Positions 27,986 through 39,500 of a stretch of DNA of 64,000 nt are shown in pieces. The notes below the pieces were generated by a model. The model worked only from the letters and a program-made list of their open reading frames with translations, was not told where the DNA came from and did no database searches. Source of the stretch: Candidatus Latescibacterota bacterium (GTDB lineage: Bacteria; Latescibacterota; UBA2968; UBA8231); NCBI GenBank assembly GCA_965217585.1, contig OZ244561.1:1536001-1600000 (forward strand). Direction: 5' to 3'. Every line of letters starts with the position of its first letter. Within the stretch, counting starts at the first letter, position 1. Both the position numbers and the translations under genes were made by a program.

Positions 27986-29125
27986 CTACCAGTCGGCGAC
28001 GCTGCCGTCGTTTTCGTAGTAGAGTTCGCCACCCAGTTCCTCTGAGTACTCAATCGTCTTTTCCACCTCGGACTCGATCAAATCAAACCCCAACCCCGGC
28101 TTGGTCGGCAACTCGATATGGCCATCGACCACCTGCCAAGGCGTGGCAAGCAGCCCTTCGCCCAACCCCTCGTCAACCTGTTCCTGCACGAGGAAATTGG
28201 GCACCACCGCATCGACCTGCATACAGGCGGAAAAGGCCACCGGGCCAATGGCGCAGTGCGGCATGATGTGGATGTAATAGACCTCGGCCATATTGGCGAT
28301 CTTTTTCAGCTCGGTGATCCCGCCCGCGTGCGAGCCGTCGGGTTGGATGTAGGAGACGGCCTGCTTTTCAAAAATCTCCCGGAACTCCCAGCGCGAGAGC
28401 AGGCGCTCGCCCGTGGCAATGGGGAAGGGCACGTGGTCAGAGACTTCCTTCAGCGCATCGACGTTCTCTTGGGGGATCGGCTCTTCGACGAACATCGGCC
28501 GCATCCCCGCGAGCTGGCCACACACCTCAATCGCCAGCCCCGGCGTCATCTTGCCGTGAAAGTCAAAGCATAGCTCTACCTCGTCGCCGACCCATTCGCG
28601 CATGGTATAGGCGTCTTTGACAAAGGCGTCGATTCGCGCTGGTGGCTCGTGGGCGCGCCACGTGCCCCCCGGCCCCGTCTTAAAGGCCGTGTAGCCTTTC
28701 GCCAACAGCATATCGAGCCGCGCCCGCGCCGACGCGAGTGCCTCGTCGGTCTGGCCGTGGACGCCCCAGTGCGCGTACACGCGAATCCGGTCGCGCACCG
28801 CACCGCCCAAAAGCATATAGGCGGGAACATTGTAGTACTTGCCAGCGATGTCCCACAGCGCCTGATCGATGCCCGACAGCGCGCTCATCAGCACATTGCC
28901 GCCGCGGAAAAAGGCCGAGCGATAGACGTGCTGCCAGTGGTGCTCAATGCGGAGCGGGTCCTTGCCGACGAAGTACTCGGCCAACTCTTCCACCGCCGCC
29001 CAAGTGCTCTTGGGCTTGCCCTCCAGCGTGGTCTCGCCCCAGCCGACGATACCATTGTCCGTGGTAATCTTGACCAAGCGCATGCGCTGGCGCGGGAAAA
29101 ACTGTTCAATCTTGGCGATCTTCAC
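27986..29125 (-). CDS. dgoD: Galactonate dehydratase-like (enolase superfamily)
   Basis: GWGETTLEG, SGIDQALWDIAGK, DFHG, FVEEP, ATGERL and MPHC. Confidence 0.8.
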   Translation of the reverse strand: MKIAKIEQFFPRQRMRLVKITTDNGIVGWGETTLEGKPKSTWAAVEELAEYFVGKDPLRIEHHWQHVYRSAFFRGGNVLMSALSGIDQALWDIAGKYYNVPAYMLLGGAVRDRIRVYAHWGVHGQTDEALASARARLDMLLAKGYTAFKTGPGGTWRAHEPPARIDAFVKDAYTMREWVGDEVELCFDFHGKMTPGLAIEVCGQLAGMRPMFVEEPIPQENVDALKEVSDHVPFPIATGERLLSRWEFREIFEKQAVSYIQPDGSHAGGITELKKIANMAEVYYIHIMPHCAIGPVAFSACMQVDAVVPNFLVQEQVDEGLGEGLLATPWQVVDGHIELPTKPGLGFDLIESEVEKTIEYSEELGGELYYENDGSVADW

Positions 29126-29140
29126 CGTCTAGTCCTTTCG

Positions 29141-30862
29141 TTAGTGGGCTTCGCGCGTTACGACGGCACTCGACTTGCCGACCAAAAAGTCAAAGTCAAC
29201 TCCTTTGTCGGCCTGCATCACGTGGTCGATATAGAGGCTGACGTAGCCCCGGGTATCGTGGGGCACGGGGGGCTGCCAAGCCGCGCGGCGGCGCGCCAGT
29301 TCCTCGTCCGACACGTCTAGGTGCAGCAGCCGCTCCGCGACATCCAGCTCGATCATGTCGCCGTTGCGCACCAGCGCCAGATGGCCGCCGATGGCCGCTT
29401 CGGGTGCCACGTGCAGGACGACGGTGCCGTAGGCCGTGCCGCTCATGCGGCCATCGGAAATGCGCACCATGTCCCGGACGCCCTTTTCCAGCAGCTTCTT
29501 GGGCAATCCCATATTGCCGACCTCGGCCATGCCTGGATAACCGACCGGCCCGACGTTTTGCAAGACCAATACACTCGACTCATCCACCTCCAGATCGGGG
29601 CTGTCGATCCGTTGGTGATAGTCCTCAATCGTCTCGAAGACCACCGCTCGGCCGCGGTGCTGCATCAGCTCGGGCGAGGCGGCCGACGGCTTGATAATCG
29701 CCCCATCCTCGCAGAGATTGCCCCGGAGCACGGCCAAGCCCGCGGCCTCGATCAGCGGCGCGTCTAGCGGCGCGATCACGTCGCGATTGTAGCAGACCGC
29801 CCCTTCGATATTCTCGCCGAGCGACTTACCCGTCGCCGTCAAAGCGTCCAGATGCAGGGAATCCTTCAACCCCTGGATTACCACCGGCAAACCACCGGCG
29901 TAGTAGAAATCCTCCATCAGATACTTGCCCGCGGGCATCAAATTGACCAAGAGCGGCAGCTCGCTGCCGAGGCGGTCGAAGTCGTCCAAGGACAACTCGA
30001 CGCCGACGCGCCCGGCGAGGGCCAGCAAGTGGACGACGCAGTTGGTCGAACCGCCGATGGCCGCGTTGACCTTGATGGCGTTCTCAAAGGCCGCGCGCCC
30101 GAGAATGTGGGACATCTTGAGGTCTTCGCGCACCATCTCGACGATGCGCGACCCCGCCAGATGCGCCAGCACCTTGCGCCGCGAGTCTGGCGCCGGGATC
30201 GCCGCGCCGCCGGGCAGGGTCATGCCAAGCGCCTCGACCATACAGGCCATCGTCGATGCAGTGCCCATCGTCATGCAGTGCCCATCCGAGCGCGTCATGC
30301 CGTCCTCGGCCAGCCCAAAATCCTCGCGCGTCATCTTCCCGGCGCGAAAATCCTCGCTGAACTTCCACACGTCCGTTCCCGAACCAATATCGTCGCCGCG
30401 GTACTTGCCGTTGAGCATGGGGCCGCCGGGCACGGCAATCGTCGGCAGATCGACGCTAGCCGCCCCCATCAAGCACGCCGGCGTGGTTTTGTCGCACCCG
30501 GTCAGGAGCACCACGCCGTCAACTGGATTGGCGCGAACGCACTCCTCCACGTCCATGCTCGCCAAGTTGCGGAAGAGCATAGTTGTCGGGCGCATGATGG
30601 GCTCGCCCAGCGAGGTGACCGGGAATTCCACGGGCAACCCTCCGGCTTCGTACACGCCGCGCTTGACGGCTTCGGCCAAGTCGCGAAAGTGGATATTGCA
30701 CGGCGTCAGCTCGGACCACGTGTTGCAGATGCCGATGACCGGGCGGCCATCGAATTCGTGCTCGGGCAGGCCGCGCTTCATCCAGCTACGGTGAATGAAC
30801 CCGCCTTTGTCCTCGCGTCCAAACCAGTCGGCGCTCCTTAGTTTTCCTTGCTCTGCTGCCAT
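29141..30862 (-). CDS. IlvD/Edd family sugar-acid dehydratase (L-arabinonate dehydratase-like)
   Basis: PCNIH, GCDKTTP, GHCMTMGTASTM, GGSTN and SDGRMSGT. Confidence 0.9.
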   Translation of the reverse strand: MAAEQGKLRSADWFGREDKGGFIHRSWMKRGLPEHEFDGRPVIGICNTWSELTPCNIHFRDLAEAVKRGVYEAGGLPVEFPVTSLGEPIMRPTTMLFRNLASMDVEECVRANPVDGVVLLTGCDKTTPACLMGAASVDLPTIAVPGGPMLNGKYRGDDIGSGTDVWKFSEDFRAGKMTREDFGLAEDGMTRSDGHCMTMGTASTMACMVEALGMTLPGGAAIPAPDSRRKVLAHLAGSRIVEMVREDLKMSHILGRAAFENAIKVNAAIGGSTNCVVHLLALAGRVGVELSLDDFDRLGSELPLLVNLMPAGKYLMEDFYYAGGLPVVIQGLKDSLHLDALTATGKSLGENIEGAVCYNRDVIAPLDAPLIEAAGLAVLRGNLCEDGAIIKPSAASPELMQHRGRAVVFETIEDYHQRIDSPDLEVDESSVLVLQNVGPVGYPGMAEVGNMGLPKKLLEKGVRDMVRISDGRMSGTAYGTVVLHVAPEAAIGGHLALVRNGDMIELDVAERLLHLDVSDEELARRRAAWQPPVPHDTRGYVSLYIDHVMQADKGVDFDFLVGKSSAVVTREAH

Positions 30863-31026
30863 TGATTCTCCTCTGCTTTTACTTTTCGCCTCAGCGGCGA
30901 GGCAATCAATCTAGGCGATCTCTTGGCTCTCGCAATATATTTAGTTAGTAAGCCGCTAGTTAATAACCTCTTGCGATTATGGGGTAACATGGTACGTCCG
31001 ATTAAAACCCACCTCTGGGCGATGAT

Positions 31027-31878
31027 ATGAATCTCAAACGCATTGCCGTCATCGGGGCCGGCACTATGGGACGCGGCATTGCCCAAGTTTTGGCCCAAGC
31101 CAACAGGGAAGTCCTGCTCTACGACGCAGACCCCTGCGCCCGTGAACAAGGGCTGGCCACCATCGCCGCACGCCTGCGCCAACAAGCCGCCAAAGGTTGG
31201 CTAGAGCCAGCCGCCAGCGAAGCGGCCATCGCCGCGCTGCAGGGAATCGACCAACTCGCTGCCGTCGGCACCGCCGACATGGTCGTTGAAGCCGTGCCCG
31301 AACGCCTAGACCTCAAGCTCGCCGTCTTTGCCCAACTCGGACAATGTGCCGGGCCAGAGGCCATCCTCGCCAGCAACACTTCCGGCCTGGACATCGACGC
31401 TCTCGCCGCTGCGGTCGGCCGGCCGGACAAGGTAATTGGCATGCACTTCTTCAACCCGCCTCCGATCATGCCCCTAGTCGAAGTGGTGCGCACAACTGAG
31501 ACTTCGGACGAGACCTTTGCCGCGGTCATGGCCTTGGCCCAAGACTTAGGCAAGACCCCCGTCGCGGTCGCCAATAGCCCCGGTTTTGCGGTCAACCGCA
31601 TCCTCTTTCCCATGATCAATGAGGCCATCTACGCCCTCGCCGAAGGCGTGGCCAGCGCCGAAGACATCGACCGGGTGATGGTGCTGGGGGCGAGCCATCC
31701 CCTAGGGCCGCTGGCCTTGGCCGACTACGTCGGACTCGACGTAACCTTGGATATCCTCGAATCGTTTGCCCAGCGTCTAGACAACTCCAAATACCGCCCC
31801 TGCCCCCTGCTGCGCGAGATGGTCCAACAGGGCGCGTTGGGCCGTAAGACGGGTCGGGGGTTTTTCTCTTACCCGTGA
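31027..31878 (+). CDS. 3-hydroxybutyryl-CoA/3-hydroxyacyl-CoA dehydrogenase
   Basis: GAGTMGRG, EAVPE, ASNTS, GMHFFNP and GRKTGRGF. Confidence 0.92.
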   Translation: MNLKRIAVIGAGTMGRGIAQVLAQANREVLLYDADPCAREQGLATIAARLRQQAAKGWLEPAASEAAIAALQGIDQLAAVGTADMVVEAVPERLDLKLAVFAQLGQCAGPEAILASNTSGLDIDALAAAVGRPDKVIGMHFFNPPPIMPLVEVVRTTETSDETFAAVMALAQDLGKTPVAVANSPGFAVNRILFPMINEAIYALAEGVASAEDIDRVMVLGASHPLGPLALADYVGLDVTLDILESFAQRLDNSKYRPCPLLREMVQQGALGRKTGRGFFSYP

Positions 31879-31891
31879 TAACGGGGCACCG

Positions 31892-32401
31892 ATGTTGCAC
31901 CTCTTTATCCTCTTGTGCCTCTTCGCCACCTGTAGCTGCTCCATCCGCTCGGCACCGCGTTATACCGCCGACTCCAAGGATTCGGACAGCGTGGTGCGCG
32001 AACTCAAAGAACGCCGCCGCGCCAGCCCTAGCCGCCTCGCTCGCGTCGTCGAAGGGTATCTCGGCGTACCCTACAAGTGGGGCGGCACCACCCGCGCTGG
32101 CATGGACTGCTCGGCCTTTACCCGCGCCATTTTCCGCCAGACTTATGGCATCGAATTGCCCCGCACCGCCAAGCAGATGTACGGCGTCGGCCGCACCGTC
32201 AGCCGACGACAGGACCTCAAACCAGGGGATCTGGTTTTCTTTAGGAATACCTTCTCAGGACCGGGCGTCTCCCACGTTGGGATCCATCTCGGCAAGGGGC
32301 GCTTCGCCCATGTGGGCGTGAGCACCGGCGCGACCATTACCTCGCTCAACCACCCTTATTTCCACCACCGCTATGTCGGCGCTCGGCGCGTCGAGCGCTG
32401 A
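31892..32401 (+). CDS. NlpC/P60 (C40) peptidase, lipoprotein-like
   Basis: GVPYKWGG, GMDCSAF, LPRTA, PGDLVFF and HVGI. Confidence 0.92.
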   Translation: MLHLFILLCLFATCSCSIRSAPRYTADSKDSDSVVRELKERRRASPSRLARVVEGYLGVPYKWGGTTRAGMDCSAFTRAIFRQTYGIELPRTAKQMYGVGRTVSRRQDLKPGDLVFFRNTFSGPGVSHVGIHLGKGRFAHVGVSTGATITSLNHPYFHHRYVGARRVER

Positions 32402-32402
32402 C

Positions 32403-33704
32403 GTGTCCATCCGCCTGCTACTGCTCGCCAGTGCCATTGAAGCGTGCTGCTGCTATCTGGTCTCCCTCGGCGATCTCCAGCGCCAGATCGGAGCGCTGTG
32501 GGCCGGCGTCTTTCCAGCTTTTATCTGCTGCGTACTCGCAGCCTATCTCGTCTTGCGCCAAGGTGCGCCCCCCGGACGACCACACCTGATCCTCGGAGCC
32601 GCCCTCGTCTTCCGCCTGACGCTGTGGTGGAGCCCGGCGACGCTCTCGGACGATATTTTCCGCTACGTCTGGGATGGCCGCGTCCAGCTAGCCGATATCA
32701 ACCCGTACCTCTACGCGCCCTCGGCACCGCAGGTAGCGCACCTGCGTGACGCCCTCTACCACAGTGTCAACCACGCCGCCATTCCCACGATCTATCCGCC
32801 GCTAGCGCAGCTTTTCTTTCGCGCGATTTGCCTGCTAAGCGCGACGCCGGCCGCATTCAAATTGGCCCTGCTACTCTGCGATTGGGGACTCTGCCTGCTC
32901 TTGGCACATAGCCTCGTCCGGCGCGGCCAAGATCCGCGCCGCGTCGTGCTCTACGCTTGGAATCCCCTGCCCCTAGTCGAAGTCGCCGGCAGCGGCCACA
33001 TCGACGCGCTGGGTGTCCTGCTCCTCTTCGCGGCCCTGTACGCACTCCACAGCCAGCGCTGGGCCGCAGCCGTCTGCGCCCTCGCCGGAGCCTTTCTCGT
33101 CAAACTAGTGCCCCTCGCGCTGCTGCCCACTTTTTGGCGTCGCCCTCGCGCCGCTTGGCTCAACTTTCGCAAGCGGGGTGCCCTGCTGCTGTTTCCAACA
33201 CTGGGGCTATTGGCCTTTTGGCCTTTTGCCGACGCTGGGGAAAAGCTCGCGACGGGCCTGCTGACCTACGTGCAACATTGGCACTTTAACGCGGCGGCCT
33301 ACTCACTCCTGAGTTTTGCCTTACAGCCGTGGGACGTCCATGCCTACGCACACGCTCGCTGGCTCTGCACGGCCCTGTTCGCTCTCGTGGCTCTCGGCGT
33401 CCAAATCCGCTACCGCGACCCCTACCGAGCCGCCTTTGCAACCCTCGGTGCTTACGTCTTGCTCTCGCCGACCGTGCATCCCTGGTACTTGCTTTGGGTC
33501 CTCCCGTTCCTCGTCTTTTTCCCCAGCCCCGCTTGGATGCTCCTCAGCGGCTTGATCTTTCTTGCTTACGAGGTGCAGATCGGCTATGGCAGCGAAGGCG
33601 TGTGGCGCGAAAAGCCGTGGGTTCTGTGGGCGCAATACGCGCCTTTTTACTTGCTCCTCAGCACCACGGCCTGCTACAGGCACCTCAATCGCCGCGACGC
33701 TTAG
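32403..33704 (+). CDS. GT-C membrane glycosyltransferase (GT87/DUF2029-like)
   Basis: LSDDIFRYVWDG, NPY, TIYPP, AWNPL, GHID and VHPWY; many transmembrane segments. Confidence 0.82.
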   Translation: MSIRLLLLASAIEACCCYLVSLGDLQRQIGALWAGVFPAFICCVLAAYLVLRQGAPPGRPHLILGAALVFRLTLWWSPATLSDDIFRYVWDGRVQLADINPYLYAPSAPQVAHLRDALYHSVNHAAIPTIYPPLAQLFFRAICLLSATPAAFKLALLLCDWGLCLLLAHSLVRRGQDPRRVVLYAWNPLPLVEVAGSGHIDALGVLLLFAALYALHSQRWAAAVCALAGAFLVKLVPLALLPTFWRRPRAAWLNFRKRGALLLFPTLGLLAFWPFADAGEKLATGLLTYVQHWHFNAAAYSLLSFALQPWDVHAYAHARWLCTALFALVALGVQIRYRDPYRAAFATLGAYVLLSPTVHPWYLLWVLPFLVFFPSPAWMLLSGLIFLAYEVQIGYGSEGVWREKPWVLWAQYAPFYLLLSTTACYRHLNRRDA

Positions 33705-34399
33705 CGAGCGGACGCGCGATCCCTGTCCCGCCGCTGCCACGCGAAGGGCAGGTGCATTAGAGCGAAAACGGTGAGAAAAATGGCGGAGACGGCCACTAGG
33801 AAGAGCCAGTGCGGGTAGGCGTGGATAAAGGCGAGCTGTTTCGGTGCCGAGAGCGTAAAAAAATAATTGGTCCCGAGATAGAGATTGATCGGGGTAATGG
33901 CCAAGGCGTAGAGGTGGACGGCGATATAGCTGCGCAGGATCGCCCGCACCGGCGGGCGGTAGCGGCACCCAAAGGTGAAATAGAACCCCGCGCCGACCAA
34001 GGCGACATGGGTCAGGAAATAGCGGATCTCGGCGATGAGGCGGATCGACCCGGTCTCCGAGATTGCCGGGAAACACACCGCCAGCAGAGCACCGACCACC
34101 CCCGCGTAATACGCCAACTCAGACCACAACCTCCCACCGGTTGCCAGCCCGGCGAACAGGACGAATACCGACAGGTCGCACAGGTGCAGGGGCAAGTTGT
34201 CGGCGATGGGGATGCCAGCGGCGAAGTGCCGATAGGCGAACCAGCCGAGTTCGTTGACCAGCACCAGGGCGAAAAGCGCGAGCCGGAAGGCCGCATGGGC
34301 TCGCCCAACCGGCGGCCACCGCCTCATATTGGCGCAGCCCGCAGCGAAGAGCGCGGCCACCCCGATCCAGAACAGGTGGCGCGCCGAGAATAGTTCCAT
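33701..34399 (-). CDS. YwaF/TIGR02206-like integral membrane protein
   Basis: ELFS..H, LPLHLCD, YFLTH and GTNYFF. Confidence 0.8.
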   Translation of the reverse strand: MELFSARHLFWIGVAALFAAGCANMRRWPPVGRAHAAFRLALFALVLVNELGWFAYRHFAAGIPIADNLPLHLCDLSVFVLFAGLATGGRLWSELAYYAGVVGALLAVCFPAISETGSIRLIAEIRYFLTHVALVGAGFYFTFGCRYRPPVRAILRSYIAVHLYALAITPINLYLGTNYFFTLSAPKQLAFIHAYPHWLFLVAVSAIFLTVFALMHLPFAWQRRDRDRASAR

Positions 34400-34417
34400 G
34401 CCGCCCCGAGGTCCTCA

Positions 34418-34539
34418 GCAGCCGTCTCAAAATTCTAAGTGCGCTCCGCCCAACGTCATTTCACCTCTGCGTTCATCTGCGTTCATCTGCGGATACCTTG
34501 CCGTCGGGAGACAGCCGATAGGGGTTTTGAGACCGCTTC
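34418..34539. mobile_element. MITE-like element (122 bp)
   Basis: Imperfect TIRs GCAGCCGTCTCAAAA / GAAGCGGTCTCAAAA (13/15), TCA on both flanks, and an internal TCTGCGTTCA repeat. Confidence 0.55.
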
Positions 34540-35643
34540 TCAGAAAACCTGCGAAAAAGTGATGTATAGTGCCCTGCGGCCGCCCGAGGTGCCGTAATCG
34601 GCCCGCACGATCGTGCTCTGCCAGTGGCAACGCACTCCCATGCCGCTGCCGCCGCGCCACCCACTGCTCGTCGGCAGTGCGTCGCGGGCGAAGATCTGCC
34701 CGATGTCGCCGAAGGCCACTAGCCCCAGATACAGGTGCTGCCGGCGCCATACCGGTAGCCCGCGCCAGCGCAGCTCGCCGTTGAACACTATCCGCGCCTC
34801 GCCCCGGTCCCTAGCGCTGGCCATGCCGCGGACCGTGCCGCTGCCCCCCATGTCCAGTTCCTCGTAGAAGGGTAGGGCACCGATGGTCCAATTGACGCGC
34901 AGGCGGTTGGCGGCCACCAGCCCGCGCCCCAAGGTATGGAAGTGCCGGTGGTCGAAACTGAGCGTCCCCCCCCGGTAATCTCCGCCGCCGCCAACCCCGA
35001 AGTCCACCAGTAACTCCTCCAGCACGCCCGAAGTCGCGTTGTTGTAGTTGTCGCGCGTGTCGTAGCGCAGCGAGCCGACGAACTGGGCGAACGCGCCCCC
35101 ATCTGCGCCGAGGGGGTCGAGCGCGGAGAGGATGCCATCGGCGGCATTCGGCTCGATATCGCTGTGGCTCAAACGCCCCCCGATGCGCAGACGCCAGGGG
35201 AAGCGCAGGGTGCGGATCCACTTGACCTTGAACTCCGGGAAAGCGTGCCGGAACGTCCTCTGGGCCCGCGAATACCCGGCGATATCCTCGTCGCTGAGGC
35301 CGCCGTAGTAATTGGCGAAATCTTCCTTCTCGTAGACCAGTTCGACCTCGAGCCGCCGGCCGGGCCGGAATTCGGGCGTGTCGACGAGCAGGCGGTGTAC
35401 CCACTTGCCCTTGGTTGAGATAAATACTTGGGCGCTGTATTTGCGGCGATAGGGTACGCTCTGGCCGTCGTATTCGAAGAGATTGGCCCGCAGCCCGTAT
35501 CCGGTGCCGTCGTCCGAGCTGAAATTCAGCAGCGGCACCATGGTCGGGCGCCGGCCGACTGTCTCGTGGACCGGCTGGGCGCCGCTCGGACAAGCCCACG
35601 CGAACGCCAAGGCCGCCGCAATATTAAGGACCCGATTCAGCAT
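34540..35643 (-). CDS. Omp85/BamA-TamA family barrel protein without POTRA domains
   Basis: Signal peptide; SSDDGTGYG, RYDTRDN, LPFYE..GG..VRG, and C-terminal ITFSQVF. Confidence 0.8.
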   Translation of the reverse strand: MLNRVLNIAAALAFAWACPSGAQPVHETVGRRPTMVPLLNFSSDDGTGYGLRANLFEYDGQSVPYRRKYSAQVFISTKGKWVHRLLVDTPEFRPGRRLEVELVYEKEDFANYYGGLSDEDIAGYSRAQRTFRHAFPEFKVKWIRTLRFPWRLRIGGRLSHSDIEPNAADGILSALDPLGADGGAFAQFVGSLRYDTRDNYNNATSGVLEELLVDFGVGGGGDYRGGTLSFDHRHFHTLGRGLVAANRLRVNWTIGALPFYEELDMGGSGTVRGMASARDRGEARIVFNGELRWRGLPVWRRQHLYLGLVAFGDIGQIFARDALPTSSGWRGGSGMGVRCHWQSTIVRADYGTSGGRRALYITFSQVF

Positions 35644-35996
35644 AGATCGCCCCTCGCTAAAGTAGTTTTATACGCTATGCAGTAGTCCGCATTGCCCGCA
35701 TTAAGTATGGTCAATCCGCAGATGGGGTGCTACCGGTCCGCGCAGCTTGCGGTGGACCGCCAGCGGACGGCGGTAAAAGGAACGAATCGCCCCCTTGCGA
35801 TGTCTCTCTATAACCAAGCTCTGCCATAACGCGCCTTTTTACTTGCTCTTATGCGGCACCGAATTAGCTCGTCGCCGGATGGGAACAGATAGCTCGTGAA
35901 GGCAGAAGTGTGAAAAATAGTTCAAAGCGCTTCTGTGTGTTATATTCCTAATTATAACAATGGCGCAAGGCGATAACGACCTCGCGCCGGGGAAAA

Positions 35997-36584
35997 TTGC
36001 GCGTGAATTGCTCGATAAAAAATACCTTGCACCTCGTGGCCTTTGGCCTGGGCGCGCTGTGTCTGCACGGCTGTCTAGAGCTGGTCCGCAGGCCGCCAGC
36101 GGGCGAACCCTTCGGCTACGAGCAAGCCCAAGCCGCCGACACCACGGCCACGAGCGCAGCAGCCGTCCAACCCACGCCGGCGCTAGTCGTCATAGATCGC
36201 CCCAAGCGCTCGCGCCAGCAGTTGCAAAACATCGAGCAGGTCAACAAATACGCGCTCTGGTGCATCGAGAACGCCATGTGGAACGAGGCCCAATCGCACA
36301 TGGAACGCGCCCTAGCGCAAGACAGCTCGTCGGCCAGCCTGCACAACAACCTCGGGGTCATCTACGAGCGGCTCGGCATGACCGACAAAGCCACTGAATT
36401 CTACGGCCGGGCGTGGGCCCTCAACCCTGCCCAAGAAGTCTATGCAGCCAATTTGCGCCACTTGCAACAATACCAGCAGGCCAGCAGCGACTCCACAGGC
36501 TCACTTGATATATTCAAGTTGGACCATGGCCAGCCGCCGCGGACCGGACGCCCGGACAATTCACCTACATCCACGGGAGAGTGA
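35997..36584 (+). CDS. TPR-containing lipoprotein
   Basis: LHGC lipobox; W.EA...ERAL...LHNNLGVIYE TPR pattern; start uncertain. Confidence 0.75.
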   Translation: MRVNCSIKNTLHLVAFGLGALCLHGCLELVRRPPAGEPFGYEQAQAADTTATSAAAVQPTPALVVIDRPKRSRQQLQNIEQVNKYALWCIENAMWNEAQSHMERALAQDSSSASLHNNLGVIYERLGMTDKATEFYGRAWALNPAQEVYAANLRHLQQYQQASSDSTGSLDIFKLDHGQPPRTGRPDNSPTSTGE

Positions 36585-39500
36585 ACGTGCAGGCTATAAC
36601 GAGATTCCGCAGCCTCGCCTGCGCCGCCCTGCTCGCTTGGGGCACCGCAGACCTCGGCGCCCAAGACATCCTCACCTTGCAGCTACAGCAGGGATTCGGG
36701 AAAAACAAGGTCCGCTACCGAGACTTCCAGTGGGAGATCCTCGAAAGCGAGCACATAGAGCTTCACTTCGAGCCTGAATTCCAGAATCTGGCCGTGCAGG
36801 CGATCGAGTCCCTCGAAGAGGGCTACGATCACATCAGCCAAATCCTGCACCACGAGCTTTCGCACCGGCCGCCGGTCGTCATCTATCAGTCTCACTACCA
36901 GTTCCAGCAGACCAATATCTTCCCCGACTTTCTGCCACCCGGCGTCGCCGGTTTTGCCGAGCCACTGCGCTTCCGCATGGTCGTCCCCTTTGCGGGCGAC
37001 CTCGACGAGTTCCGCAATGTCCTCGTCCACGAGCTGACCCACATTTTCCAGTACGACATCGTTCACAAAGGCCCCATTCGCCGCATTACCAGCCCGATCG
37101 TTCAGCCGCCCACTTGGCTCATGGAGGGCATGGCCGAATACACCACCCCGGGCCGCAACACCGTCGATGAGATGGTCCTCCGCGACGCCGTGCTCACCGA
37201 TGGCCTCATCCCCGTCGAAACCATGAATCAGGCTTGGGGCCAAGGCAACGTATTCCTCGCATACAAGCAGAGCCACGCGCTCATGGAATACATTGCCCAG
37301 CAGTACGGCCCCGAAAAAATCAGCCGCATCCTCCGCCTGTGGGACAGCCAGCACGACACCGACAAGCTCATGGATCGCCTGATCGGCATGGACTTGAAAA
37401 CCCTCGACGAGCGCTGGTCGGCCCAGATGCGCAAAACCTACTGGCCTCTCTTGCAGACGCGCGACTACACCTCCGAATTTGCCGAGGAAATAGGCGACGA
37501 CGAGAATATCCACAGTTTCTCTAGCGCCTGCTGGTCGCTCAGCGGCGACATGCTCGCCGTCCACTCCTCAGACGGGATCGAACAGCACGTGGACATCATC
37601 CGCCTGCGCGATGCCTCGCTCGTCGAGCGCGTCACCGAGAGCATGCGCGCCGCCGACTACGATCACCTCAGCATCGGCAGCGGCACCGTGGCTTGGGCAC
37701 AGGACGGCCAGACCATCGCCTTTGTCGCCAAAGAAGGCCCCCGCGACCGCATCATGCTGTGGGATCTCTACGACAAGGAGCTTGTGGAGACCCTGACCAT
37801 GCCCGATATGGATCTCGTCGAGAGCCTAACCTGGGCACCCGACAGCCGCCAACTTGCCTTTATAGGCACCGGGCAGGGCCAGAGCGATCTCTACATCATT
37901 GACGTGCAGAGCGGCGAGCGGCGCCAGCTCACGGGCACGCCCGAGCGCGAAGATTATCCGAGCTGGTCGCCCGACGGCCAGCACATCGCCTTTAGCACCA
38001 AGTACCGCAACCAGTTCGACATCAAAATTTACGATCTAACCGAGGGCATGGCGCACGCGGCCATATCTAGCCCCACCGACGACCTGTGGCCTCAGTGGCT
38101 GCCCGAAGGTAACAAGCTGCTCTTTGTCTCCACCCGCGACAAGATCAACGATCTCTTCGTCTATCACCTCGACGAGGGCCGCGAATTCCGCCTGACCCGC
38201 AGCCTCAGCGGCATTATGAACCCCGCCCTCTCGCCCGATGGGCGGCAGATCGTGTTCAACACCTACTTCAAGGGCCGCAGCCACCTCTACCGGATGGCCA
38301 TGCCCGAATGGCCCGAGGTCAAGCGCAAAGACGCACAGCTACTGGCGCGCGTGGCCGAAGCAGCGCCGCCAGCCGAAGCAGCGCCGCCAGCCGAAGTAGC
38401 GCCGCCAGCCGCCGAGGAGCCAGCCCCAGAGACGCCCCCGGCGCGGCCCGTAGTACTGGGCGACGCCACGCTCTCCGACCAAGGCGGCATCCCAAACCTA
38501 GGGCAGGTCTCGGCCCTGAAGGATCAGGGGCTCTCGGACGACGCCGTGCTCCTAGCCGGTGCCAGCGGCCCGTTGCCCCCCACCGAATCCCAAGAGCCGC
38601 AAGCCCCCGTCCAACTCGCCGCTGCCGACGACGACGACGGCGAATTGGAACTGCGCCGTCGCCGCTACACCCCCAAGCTCGAATTCGACGGCATCTCCGT
38701 ACAGATGGGCTATTTCGATGGGTTCTTATCGTCGGTTGCCCAGTTGAGCATGAGCGACCTTTTGGGCAATCACTCGCTGATCTTGGCCACGGATTACGTG
38801 GCCGCGCAGGACATCAGCAATGACTTCAACTTTGCCGCTAGCTACAACTACTACGGCAAGCGGCCCACATACCGCGTATCCATTTTCAATTGGAACCAGT
38901 ACTTCTTCAACGACCGCAACTTCATCGTCCCAGGCCGCCCCCCGACTCGGGGCACGAGCCGTGTCCAGCAACGCGGTGCCTTGGCCAACGCCAGCTATCC
39001 GCTCGACCTCTATCGCCGCCTCGATCTGAGCTATACCTATGTCGGCGAGCAAGAAGAACAGGTCCATCCCTTCTACGAAGCAGATTCTACTGCTACCAGT
39101 ACTCATCTGTTCAAGACCGCATACGTCCACGACTCCATTACCTACGGTCTTTTGGGCGCCACCGCCGGCAAGCGCTACTTCCTCTCGGTGGGGCGCACGC
39201 TCGATCTCGGGTCGGCCACGCGCTCTTTCTCGCACCTCGAATTCGACTATCGTCACTACTTGCGGCTAGGGCGTTGGTCGGTGCTGGGCCTGAGAGCCTA
39301 TAGCGTGGGGTCTTTGGGCCGCGACGCCCTCGAATACAACCTAGGGGGGCCGACTTGGTACTTGCCCTTCTATACGGGCTTCAACCTCAATACCGGCCCG
39401 CTGCGCGGCTATCAGTTCTCGGCCTTCACTGGCAGCCGGGTCCTGCTGACCAATGCCGAGCTGCGCGTCCCCTTTGTGCGTGGCATCCTCTTTGGCTGGC

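Noticed and set aside
35644-35996. 350-bp divergent intergenic region with hairpin CGGTCC...GGACCG as a possible ncRNA
   Set aside because: No recognisable tRNA, riboswitch, SRP or 6S features; compatible with ordinary divergent promoters.
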